A DNA stretch of 64,000 nt from Paraphysomonas bandaiensis (Eukaryota; Protista; Chrysophyceae). The position numbers were made by a program, and so were the translations under genes. The stretch covers positions 271,569 through 335,568 of the forward strand of contig CBFFRP010000182.1 in the NCBI GenBank assembly GCA_965644295.1, written 5' to 3'. Of the stretch, positions 27,996 to 39,600 are shown in pieces (the first letter of the stretch is position 1; each line of letters begins with the position of its first letter). The notes under the pieces were generated by a model. It was not told where the DNA came from. It made no database searches and was given only the letters and a program-made list of their open reading frames with translations.

Positions 27996-29146
27996 TGAAG
28001 CGAGTGCTGCTACATCATACAACTCCAATCATATGCTTGGGTTCATCTACATATACATACATAGAAATATAAAAGTCTTCTGATCTGAGCACGACTTCCA
28101 CTTCAATTGTTTCTGTTCGTTTCTAGTACAAAACAAATATCAAACAGTATCTTTAATGGGCACTTCGTTTTCAGGTTTTCTAAATGATCGAAAGTATGGT
28201 ATCTATTTACACAACCTAAACTAAAAACTCCTCTGGTTTTTCACTCAAAAAGTCACAAAACTACACATTTTCAAGAAAATAATGGCAGATGTCTGATAGC
28301 TCCACAATACAGAATATGATGCGATAGTTCTTGTAGTAAAGAGGAACGCAGGCTGTGATATGATCATAACCTCACTGGGAATACATGAGCTCATAGTTCT
28401 TTCATGCCACATGCTGCTGGTTGTTGATTTAGCTGGTGAAAGGTATGGTTAAGTGGCAATCATACAGGAGAGTTGGTCTATTTCAAAGACAGAGATAGCA
28501 GAGTTGATTCCATGACCATAACACCAGAGGGCTCTCAGGTAATACGATCGGATGATATTGTAAAGTATTCAATTTAGTGGTTCGAAACAGAGCATATGAA
28601 TATACGCATACTGCAGAGCTGATCATCAGAGACTCACATAAGAATCACTCCACTTGAGTGTCATTCTCCTCTCTGATTTGAAGGTATATACTACGATGAC
28701 TGTATCATTTATAGATACTTTCTCATAGTGTTCTGTGTGTATTGATGTATATGACAATACTGTGTTGGAGCATGTCAATCATTGTTGACGTGCAGCATAC
28801 TCTGCGGAGCCGCATGAACACGATTGTCATGTAACACCAGCGGAGTCTTCGGGTAACGTTCTTGAAATATGTTGTAACTCCACTGATTTTATCCCCAAGG
28901 GTGAAACAATCGGTACACTGCGAGATAATGTATGTATGAGTTTTTTACTTTTAATGTATGCTACATATTACACGAGGTTGTTACTGTGGCGGATCTACCT
29001 TCGGAATTATAGGGGTGGAGGGTGCCCCATATTGACAGCGTAACTAATCACCGCGTTTGACCGTCTTGTGTGTGCTGGTGAGTAGGGTTGCGACCGCGTA
29101 CCTCTGCCTATGTACACATTGCTTAGTTCAGCGCTTCCCCACCCGG

Positions 29147-29814
29147 GTTCTCATTGCATATTCAGCGCTAAATATAATGATGTAGCTAGTTGGTTTCAGT
29201 AGGTAGATAGTAAATAACATATGGGACTTAATCAATAATCAAGTATTAGTTAAACCCCCACCCGGCTCTACCTATATTGAAAGTCTTATTATTTATTTAG
29301 CAATAGGCGTTAAAAATCTGTACCAATGTAGTGGCTAGTTGAATGCTAGACAGACTATTTAGAGTTTAGACCTATACCCATAACTAATCAGTACAAACTC
29401 TATTATCCTACTATTTAGCAATAAATAAGCTGCTTGTGCGTCGCCACAAGCACCAAGGTGCAACCACTTCTGTTCTTAATGTTCTCATTGCATATTCAGC
29501 GCTAAATATAATGATGTAGCTAGTTGGTTTCAGTAGGTAGATAGTAAATAACATATGGGACTTAATCAATAATCAAGTATTAGTTAAACCCCCACCCGGC
29601 TCTACCTATATTGAAAGTCTTATTATTTATTTAGCAATAGGCGTTAAAAATCTGTACCAATGTAGTGGCTAGTTGAATGCTAGACAGACTATTTAGAGTT
29701 TAGACCTATACCCATAACTAATCAGTACAAACTCTATTATCCTACTATTTAGCAATAAATAAGCTGCTTGTGCGTCGCCACAAGCACCAAGGTGCGACCA
29801 CTTCCGTTCTTAAT
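29147..29814. repeat. Near-perfect 334-bp tandem duplication (2 copies)
   Basis: 29147-29480 and 29481-29814 differ at two visible positions. Confidence 0.95.
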
Positions 29815-29832
29815 GTTGATTGTGAGGTTCGC
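29609..29832 (-). mobile_element. Short 5'-truncated non-LTR retroelement 3' end with 9-bp TSD
   Basis: TSD ctctaccta at 29600-29608 and 29833-29841. Homologous (inverted) to 55369-55558. Minus strand ends ...aataagactttcaatat. Confidence 0.6.
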
Positions 29833-30969
29833 CTCTACCTAAGTACGCGCTCAGAATAGAGCAAGACTATGTTTTCACGAATGTTGAAGTCTCCATAGTA
29901 TGTCATACCAGCATAGATTTTTTATTCATCAGCTATATGATGACTCTATGTGTGGTATACAATGTTGACGTTCACAATGTGCTCCGTAGAGTACGCTGGA
30001 CTAAGACTCCAATTACTCCGCCAATACTACCACTTAAGGAATTGATTCATCAACAGTTCTATTATCAAGTATACTGCATTTGTTCCCGTCAAATTAGTAA
30101 ATAAGTTTTCCACATTTCCTTCAAGTCCAACATGCGGTTCCAAAGAATTCCTTTGGGAAATACACAATGATATCATTTTAGAAACATCGTTACGACGCAA
30201 ACATAGTAGATTACTAAAATTTCAAACACTTTGCAAATAAATTTATGCGAAAATAAATTTATGCGAAGCAAGAATACATGGCAAAGCCAATCTAAACCAC
30301 TCACAGTACAACTATATGAAACCAGTCAGCATGTCTTCCTATATTAGTGCCATCGAAGTGAGATAGCAAAGCCCGCATCTCTACTCGGTGTACCTGTAGC
30401 TGCTCTGCCAAAATATTGATCTCCATCTACTCCATCAAACATGTATCGACTCTGAATATGACCTAAATGTATCGACTCCATCTAGCTTTCATCTATATAT
30501 TTAGTATTTAGGTCACTTAGAACACCAGGGTCATTGGTTAATTCGGTTATTAAGTTATTTTACACAAAGATATAATAGCTAATCTCTGCATGAATGCACT
30601 CCTGTTTCTGCAGGTACTCTCTGTCAATCTCATCTCAAAATTCACCCTGTTCTCTAATATTTATTGTGGTTGTTATTTGTGTTACTCTTGCAGTAGATAT
30701 ACAGCTTATGGTTTGTATGGCAATAACTACTGAGAATGGACGATGAATATAAAGCATATATCATGGGTAAAGGTCTCACGTAGCCGCTCCTTATTCTATA
30801 TGTATTGTACACTATAACATCTTCTCAACTATGAAATATCTGTCATATGTCATACTCCTACCGCTTTCTACATTGAGACATATGTATATATGTATTAGCA
30901 TGCAGCATTAGTCATATTCAGACTTCGTACTGTTTCAGAATTCAGATGAAAGGGGATTGTACTGTGATG

Positions 30970-32416
30970 CTCCCAATAAAATGGACGCGCTCGCATCCCA
31001 AACGTAGAACACAAGAGATCAACGCAACTGGACCTACACTGACCACGGCATTTATATAGCTGACGCCGCCGCCAGCGGCGCTTGGAAGACACTAGACAGA
31101 GTGCTCGGAGCCTCCAACTACAGCGTTGTCACAACTGACGCCACGCACATACTGGAAGAATTCTTCACCACGGGTCAATGGCACAGGCGAAGATACGATA
31201 CACACCTCCTCACAGACCTCGGTTCCATGCTAGGAGACGTTACAGAACTCCACCACCAGTGGGACCTCCATCAATACACCCTCCGACGAGATAGCATGTA
31301 TGCTGCACAAACGCAGCGAGACCGGCAGTATTGGACACGTAGCGGAACAAGGCTCCCACACAAGCTCCATCCCCTCCGTACCCAAAACTCCTCCAAACAC
31401 TACATCCCCCTCGCAGAGCGTATACGCGAGACGGCATACGTATGGGACAAATCCTTTGCAATGGGAAGAAACCGAGCCAAAGGAAAATCCGGACATGATC
31501 GCACAACGGCTTCCACATGCACAGATTGTGCACACCCCACAGACAACGTGGCGCACATGCTTCTCACCTGCACTCACCCTGACATCATTCACATACGTGA
31601 AGATGTCCACCAAGCACACCACAATAAGCTTGACAAACTTCGCACACGCACGCTCCCCCATCCCTGGTTTTACACCGCCATAACCAAACTCTAGCCAAAG
31701 CCGCATGGAACCCAACCACCCCCCAGGTTGAGCGCTACTGGACCGGCCACATTACTGCCACACAATTGGCCGACGCATTCGGACGCCACATATCCAGCTC
31801 ACTGCTCGAACATCAATTCTACGCCCTCGAAAAATCCATCGCCTCTATCCTACTCCCCCTATATGATGGAGGGCTCCGCATGCTTCGCAATAGGGGACTC
31901 AGACACCACAACGCAGACACGGCAGCGACACCGGTCCCGACACACTCACAGCAACGCCAGTCCCATGATGCATGATGCTCACCCGACGCCAAAAATACTC
32001 CAGCTACTCCAGGCGACATCCATCCCAAGAACTACACCCTCTGCAAGAGTCCAGACCCGACAGAGGCTAGCACAATCACTCCGGAAACAACTCCTCCTTA
32101 CTTGTGGCCGAAACCCCACCTCAACAACCAGCACCATCTCCACCACCGACTTACACTCTCATATACATCTCGCCTCACCCACCCCCCACATAATCCATGG
32201 CACAGGCCCGCCAGACACATTGCTCAAAGGTAGACCCCCGACTAACCTCAATACAAGGGACGGTTGCACCATGGTGCTCGCAGCGATGCACAAGCAGTCC
32301 CGAGACGGTTGCCCGCCACTAGTAGTATATAGCAAATCTAGTTATTAGTTAGTCTATAGACATAACCTAGTTTCTGTACACAACCGTACTCATGTAATAA
32401 TCAGACTTTCCTATAT
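30970..32416 (+). mobile_element. 5'-truncated LINE (C-terminal part of ORF2 with CCHC zinc finger, plus 3' UTR), 14-bp TSD
   Basis: 'CTDCAHPTDNVAHMLLTC' CCHC finger in ORF 31101-31694, with stops/frameshifts after it. TSD attgtactgtgatg at 30956-30969 and 32417-32430. Confidence 0.8.
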
Positions 32417-32609
32417 ATTGTACTGTGATGTTCTTAGGATATAGGGAATAAAACGTAAGTGCAGTGAGAAAATATATTTCGCGTATTACAATAACGTAAA
32501 AAATTAATGCTGTTAAGCATTTCCAACCCACCTTACAAGTGTGATCATGTATACAATTACAAAGGCGCTACCTATTATTACGCAAATATGCTATTACTTC
32601 TGCATTTAA

Positions 32610-33752
32610 TTATTTCTGTCTTGGTTTGAATGAGCCTTTTGGCTGTCCGGTTTCAAAGTCACATATTGTAGGGCGCCCCTTGACAGCAATCCCTTCGCTC
32701 GAAAGACTCTTCTTTACGGCTATCTCAGCGGATTCTTCACTCTTGAAGTCCACGTACCCGAATCCTTTCAGCTGATTAGTATGTCCCCACACTGCCAAAC
32801 GCACCTAACAATAGTCAGTAGGGTCAATATTGGCAAATCTAATGTCTGGTAAAGTTAAGTGAGCAATACCTTGGCTATCTTCCCACAGAACATGAATGCC
32901 TTCGTCACATCTTCCTCCTCACAGTCATAGGGTAAGTTTTTTACGAAGATAGTGCGGCATCCTGGTGGGCGAGTTGTATGTGCAGCGCCCTTCTGTTGCT
33001 GCTGGAGAAGTCGAGGTGTCATTGGTCGGTCAACCTTGATAAATCTTTTTCCCATGTAAGATCCTGTGGAGTATTACCATTACCAGTGTATCAAGTGTCA
33101 CTAGCTACAATAAACAACTACTTTGCGTTCCTCGTACCATTCATATCCATTGCCCGTTGTGCACTTTCTTCGTCAGCAAACTCAACGTGGCCGTACCCTC
33201 TCAACCTTCCTGAGTCATGCCATCGAGGGAGTCTATCCAAAACACACTATCATGCCAGATGTATATGAAACAATTAAATAAACACACCTCAACGACTGAA
33301 TGGGGCCTGCAGATTCGAAGAACTTGGATATGTCAGACTCTGCGGCATCAAACGGCAATCCTTCTATGTACACTGTGCAACTATTCGTAAACCTGCATAT
33401 GCAGTATTAACTATAACATAACCCAGGTGCTTCATTCAAACCTATTTGCAGCACTACTGCTGGGCTCACTTGAAGGAGCGGGGGTATCCACTTTCAACTC
33501 TTTATCGTCTGTTGACACTGCGGCTGCTTTTCTCTTTCTGACTCTTTTCCTTTTTACAACTTTCTCTATACCCTGATCATTATCATGGTCTACTTCTGCT
33601 TCATTGTTACATTCATTAACATTTCCGTGTTTCACATGTTCATCAATAGTTTCATGGTCAATATTCTCTGTATCTGAGGTGCTCTTAGTAGCATCAGAGG
33701 ATGGTGTACTGGATGCTATCTTTCTTAACTTTGATATTGATTTCTTTCCCAT
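32610..33752 (-). CDS. Two-RRM nucleolar-type RNA-binding protein (nucleolin/NSR1/RBM34-like), 5 exons
   Basis: K/R-rich N-terminus; RRM1 'TVYIEGLPFD..RGYGHVEF'; RRM2 'TIFVKNLPYD..KGFGYVDF'; GT-AG introns. Confidence 0.85.
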
Positions 33753-34334
33753 TATCTTTTAATAATGTGTTCTATAAACTATCAAGAATGATATAATAAT
33801 ATTTAATAAGAAGATAAATGAGAGGTATATGTATATATTAGTGTGGTGTTCTAGTTATAGTTTAATGGGAGTCTATTGAGTGGTCTCACTCCTGTCCATT
33901 ACATACAATACATCTATACAGTGGTATACCAGGTATACCATATCCCATATACTACATACATATACAGCAGTGTATACTAACTACGTCGTATATAGAGTTC
34001 GTACAGGCAGCAGTGGAGTATATTGTAGTCAGGACCTAAATACTAGAGATTTCCTGCAGTTTCATGCAGTTTTTGTCTCCACATAACAAGAAAATTGTCT
34101 ACTAATTTTGAGAAATCTCTAAAAATCATGGATTTTTATAACTCTATCTTGTATGTGTACATACAGCAGCATGTGTACATGTGGAACGTTACTCTATTGC
34201 TCAGTGCATTAATTAAAATCCATTCCACTTCCATATACATAATATGCAATAATATACCTTTGTGCATTAACCATATCAGTTGTTTTTGCCTTTAAGTTAC
34301 TGTCTTCATTCTATCGTACATTAGTGCTGTAACT

Positions 34335-34870
34335 ATGAAGCGGTATATGAGAAAAATACAAGTCGATATCGATCCCTATGAAGGTATTGGTGGTCAATTT
34401 ATGCACCTTCTTCTTACAGTTTGGTAGCTGTTCATCAGGGTGATATTCGGAGGTTAAAAATAGCTATGGGAAATGAAGACTTTTCTATCAACTCTACGCG
34501 ATGGAGTGGTTGGTCTCTTTTACACAGAGCTGCAGAATTTGGAATGACGGATATCTGCATTCTGCTACTTGAAAATGGAGCAAATGTAAACCAGCGCTCA
34601 ACATGGGGATGGCACACACCTCTTCATTTAGCACTGGCTAATGGGTGGCTTGAAACTGCACTTGTTCTCTCTGATTATGGAGCTAATCAGTACGCCAAGA
34701 ATAAATACAAGGTCAATCCGGGTGCATATGCTACCCAAAAAGGGTATAGTACGGTAGTACGAGAGTTTAATGCTGAAATTTTGAGACGCGAAATTGCTCA
34801 AGGTCATTATAATAATGGCACCAAGGCAAAGAAAACTAGCGACTCACGACAGATCCAAGATAGCAAGTGA
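34335..34870 (+). CDS. Small ankyrin-repeat protein, 2 exons
   Basis: ATG at 34335, intron gtattgg...ttacag; ankyrin motifs 'GWSLLHRAAEFG', 'LLLENGANVN', 'HTPLHLALANG'. Confidence 0.85.
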
Positions 34871-36149
34871 TTCAATACACTGTAGTTGTTTTAGTGTTCT
34901 AGTTAATGTAAATACTTAAGTACTTGAATGTACGCGCTGTAGCATTAGTATTGCGTTAATTCCTCTCCTGTGTGGTGAGGCAATGGGCGTTAATAATTGT
35001 CAATAAAATCTTCTAGCACAGGCTTAATCTAGCCGATAGCAAGTATGAGAGTATGAGTGCCATGTATATTCAATATACCGTTCGTGTGCAATTACAATAT
35101 TCGTAGATTGAGTGTATCAGGGCCTGGTAACCGTTAATGATAATGGCATTAATAACCATCAATGGTAATGCCATTAAAATTGCCGGGAACTGCACTACCA
35201 TTAATGGTTTATGGCATCCCATTGATGACATAACCTGCTATATATAGAACTGAGTGTTATGGAGATAATGTAGTATCTACTCTATACTCCGACAAAACTC
35301 TAAAACATATTAGACAGCAATGTTCATGCAACTCTACAGGTACTTTGTGGCAACTTTGTTCACTATCTTCTCTATCAATAAAGAATTGATCTTTATAATA
35401 GTAAAACAATGTTGTGATTATTAGAGTGTAAGTAATGAACACGATAGAGTGAAAATTATGAATAACAATATAGAACGTACTATCATGCACAACGGAATAG
35501 TTAGAAGTGTAACTGATAATGACGACGTTATGATGACGATCACGTATCTTCGACAGATACTCTCTCTAATTCAGTTCATGGTGTATTTCATTGAACATTA
35601 TAACTCACAGATACAATCATGTATTAAGCTGAATCCTAATATGCTCTCTAACGTTAGAAAATAGTTTCCTGAGCAATATCCATTGCAACATACAATTTCC
35701 CCCAAGGTTGAAAGAAGCTATAACACAAAACTAAGCAAAGTCAGTACACCATACATTAAGCAACGATGATGGCAGTGTAATTTACAGAGTCTTCTTCCGA
35801 GTAGATCAGAGAATCCTCTGCTCTGTATCATATTTGTTCATTGTGCAATGATCGCCTTAAACAAGATATAATTCGAGATTACACGGCTTCTGTGAATCAT
35901 ACAACCAAGAAGGGCACCAAACGCGCGGCTTTTTCTTGGCGAGAGGAACTCGAGAATTTTGGGAAATGAAAGACTTCAAGGAGCTGATTTATTGTCTTTT
36001 ATAAGAAATAAAGTATCTCCTTACTCCAGATTCTTACTCCAGAAACCTAACTTTTGAAAGCTGAAACCTGAAACTATATTTAACGCAACTTGAAAAATTA
36101 CAGAGTGTTACGCTCGCCTTAGAAAAAGATGGAACCAATTTGTACCAAG

Positions 36150-36407
36150 AAATAAGATTTAAGGTTAGTCTTAATATTTAGTAAGAATATACTTGATATT
36201 ATTAGAGATAAAGATTGAACGATAAGGCCTAATAGTATAATAGCAAGACACGTTTGAGCAGAGCGTTAGCACCACACACATGTACGTATCTTGTACAGTC
36301 GCGTATCATGTATAGTTTGGTAATTATTCAGTCTATTTGGTATTTCATTGTATATGTGTGTTGTATTCACGCGTTAAGAGATATATGTGAATCAATGACT
36401 CCTAATA
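36150..36407 (-). repeat. 3' LTR of Copia-1
   Basis: Identical to 41416-41673; preceded on the minus strand by the PPT. Confidence 0.95.
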
Positions 36408-36418
36408 CTCCCCCTCAA
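36408..36418 (-). other. Polypurine tract (ttgagggggag)
   Basis: Abuts the 3' LTR; same PPT as the Copia fragment at 26676-26686. Confidence 0.9.
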
Positions 36419-36642
36419 TGAAATAATCATATGGCGTATACATAGATATATGGATATAGGTGTATATATTTGGAGATAGTTCTACTGAGGGTAAAACCCA
36501 CGAGTGCAATCACAGATTGTGGATTACACTGATGTCAACATACAGCATACTCGTGGGAAACTCCGTAGATCTCTAAGTCATCCATCGTGGTCTCTTGGTT
36601 GAGTTCTCTGCCGGTGGGATAGATACTTTTGTTCTTTTATTG

Positions 36643-39600
36643 CTAGCAGGTATGTTGATACCTCCCCCCCATTAGTGAATCCCGCAATCTGTGGAACGTG
36701 TTTGATGTGAGGGGTTTAGTTAGAATGTCGGCCAGCATCTCGTTTGTAGGCATGTAATCAACAATAATAGAGTGCGATGCGACTTGTTCTCTTATGAAGT
36801 GATATCTGATGGCAATATGTTTTGTTCGTCGGTGGTGTACGGGGTTTAGGCATAGTTGAATTGCACCTTTGTTGTCACACCATATGGTTGTTGAGTATGG
36901 CATGTGGAAGCCCAATTCCGAGAGTAGTGACCGTAGCCAAATAGCTTCTTGACATGCTGTTGATAGTGCCATGTACTCCGCTTCTGTAGAGGATAGAGCT
37001 ACAGTGGTCTGGAGTCGTGATTGCCAGGAAATGAGACAATTTCCAATAAAGAAGCAAAACGCTGTGGTCGACCTGCGAGTTAAGTTACAGCGTGCCCAAT
37101 CACTGTCAGCGAATCCAGTTAAAGTAACAGACTTCCCGGAGTACTGTAGACCTTGATCGATAGTGCCTTTGAGGTACCTAAGTATGTTTAATGCGGCTAT
37201 GAGCTCCTTGTAAGGAAAATTTTGGACAAATTCTTGATTTTCTTGAGATAGTTGTTTCTTTTCGAGAATGTCTATATGAAAATTTGTTGTCATGGGGTGA
37301 CTACGTGGCTTGCAATCTTCCATGTTGAATCTGTGGAGTAGGTTCCGTATGTATTGAGATTGATTTAGTGTCGTAGTTCGATTCTGTATATCCTGTTTGA
37401 CGAATATGCCGAGGTAGTAATCTAGGAGGCCGAGATCATGAATGTCGAATTTTTCAGCTAACGAATTCTTGATTTGGATGATGTCAGTCCTACTTTTACC
37501 GGCGATAATGATGTCATCGACGTAAACTGCCAGAATTATGGGTCGACCATTGATTGATTTCGTGAATATGCACGGGTCGGACACTAATCTGGTAAAACCA
37601 CAGTCTAACAAATAATTAGTACAACATTTATACCAATTTAACCCGGACTGTTTGAGTCCGTATATACTCTTTAGAAGTCTGAGGACTTTACCGTTTGGAA
37701 CATTGAGACCAGCGGGTGGATACATGTAAATTTCCTCTTGGAGGTCTGCATTGATGTAAGCAGTGGAGAAATCTACCTGGTGAAGCTCCAACCCAAGTAT
37801 AGTTGCTAGTGCTATGACTGTTCTCATTGATGTGGCCTTTGCGACTGGGCTGTAGGTTTCGTTGTAGTCTTTACCCTCGACCTGGGAGAAACCTTGAGCC
37901 ACTAACCTCGCCTTGAAGGTAACCTCATCTCGCTTGACCTTTACCCTAAACACGAATTTTCCCCTTATAATGTTGGAATTTGCTGGTGGTGTCGTTATCC
38001 TCCAACAGCCTTTGCTCTCTAGAGACTTGATTTCTTTGTTGATGGCTTTCAGCCATTGTTCCTTGTACCTGCCTGATAGTGCCTCGCCAACATTGTTAGG
38101 TGTGTTAGGTACATCATTGCTACATGTGTCATTTGCATGCATAATGATGTCAACATCATTCATGTATAATGTTCTGTAACTATCATGTTTATCAGGTGTT
38201 TTGTGGTTGTACAAATATCTTTTATCAACATCACAGTGGTATATATTATCACCGAATTTGTGTACATTCATGATTACCCTTTTCCTGGTCTGCCTCTTGC
38301 TGTGGAGACTTTTCTTTACGCAACGGCTCACCTTGTGTCGGTGGGGTGTCCTTACACCCGTAATTGTGCCATCCGGGCTTTGCCGGCTCCTGTCACCCTG
38401 GGAATTCACAGTCTTGATAGCTCGTTTGACCTTACGAGCAGGGTGATCACGCTTGTTGTCACCCCGTGCCTCCTTCGGCACTGTATTCCGCTGAGCTTCT
38501 GCTGTGCGGCGAGGCCTTGCCTCCTTTTCATTTGAGTAGGGTCCTCTCAAATGGCTGTGACTCCCGCCCCGTGTGGCGTCATGACGGCTGTCGGTTGAAC
38601 TGCTCCTCCCTGGAGCTGTTCCTTCCACGGGGCATCCTGGTTCCTCTTGCGGGGGTGATACCGCGTTCTGATAACTGAAGTGCTCGGCGGTGTATCTTTC
38701 GATGTCCGCAGCGTGTATTGGGTCATTTAACTCGATGACTCGCCCTTCATTTTCTCGTGGGGCCAATCCTCTGTAAGCAGCCACGTGGCCTTTGATGACT
38801 GTGATTCTTGTCGTGATGTATTGGAGGCCATCCTGTGGATCTGTGTGGGTCATTCCAACGAGGTATTGGAAGCTCTCGGTTGTTCGATTCTCTGAATTTT
38901 CTTCTCTCAGTGATGATTCGATTTCAGCGTAGTAGTTTTCCTTGACGTCGGGGATGCACTCATTGAAAAAGACGTGACTTGAGATTACGAAGTCCTTGAG
39001 TGAAGGTACATATATGACGTACCCTGGTCCATCTTCTCGGTATCCCATGAAGTACCCAATATGGCTATGTGGAGACCAATCGTTTCTTCTCTGAGACTTG
39101 TCTATGAATGTATGGCATTTGCAGCCCCAAATCCTGGCGTAAGATAAATCGGGGGCCTCGTCGTGGATGAACTGATACGGTGATATGAATCCCTTTGCAG
39201 TGGCGCATGGCAGGCGATTTTTCATATGCGTGACGGTGGACATAGCCTGTTCCCAGAAGTTGGGTGGTAGGCCCGAGTTGCAAATGGATGCAAGCGTTCT
39301 TTCCTTGGTCGTGCGCCATGGTCGTTCTTGTATGGGGTTGTCTTCTGGCGTGTACGGAGCGTTGAAGGTCCAGGTTGATCCTAATTTTCTCAGCAAGTTC
39401 AGTACACGATGTGATACTAGCTCACGGCCACCATCAGCATGATAGTGTATTAGCCGTTTGCCTTTCGAATGCAGATAATCCACAATTTTCTGAATGCACT
39501 CAATGACAAAATCCTCGGTTCTGTGTTTTCCATAGAATGTCCAACTGTATCTTGAAGCTGCATCGGTAGCTCCAAAGACTACGGTGTTTCCTGTGACTAT

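Noticed and set aside
29147-29832. Penelope-like pseudo-LTR or hammerhead ribozyme interpretation of the tandem repeat
   Set aside because: No hammerhead core found by eye, and the unit includes flank beyond the TSD, which favours simple duplication.
38185-38678. Antisense ORFs in the IN-RT linker of Copia-1, checked as a counterpart of the SET remnant
   Set aside because: No SET or other recognisable motif, so any SET cargo is not shared by Copia-1.
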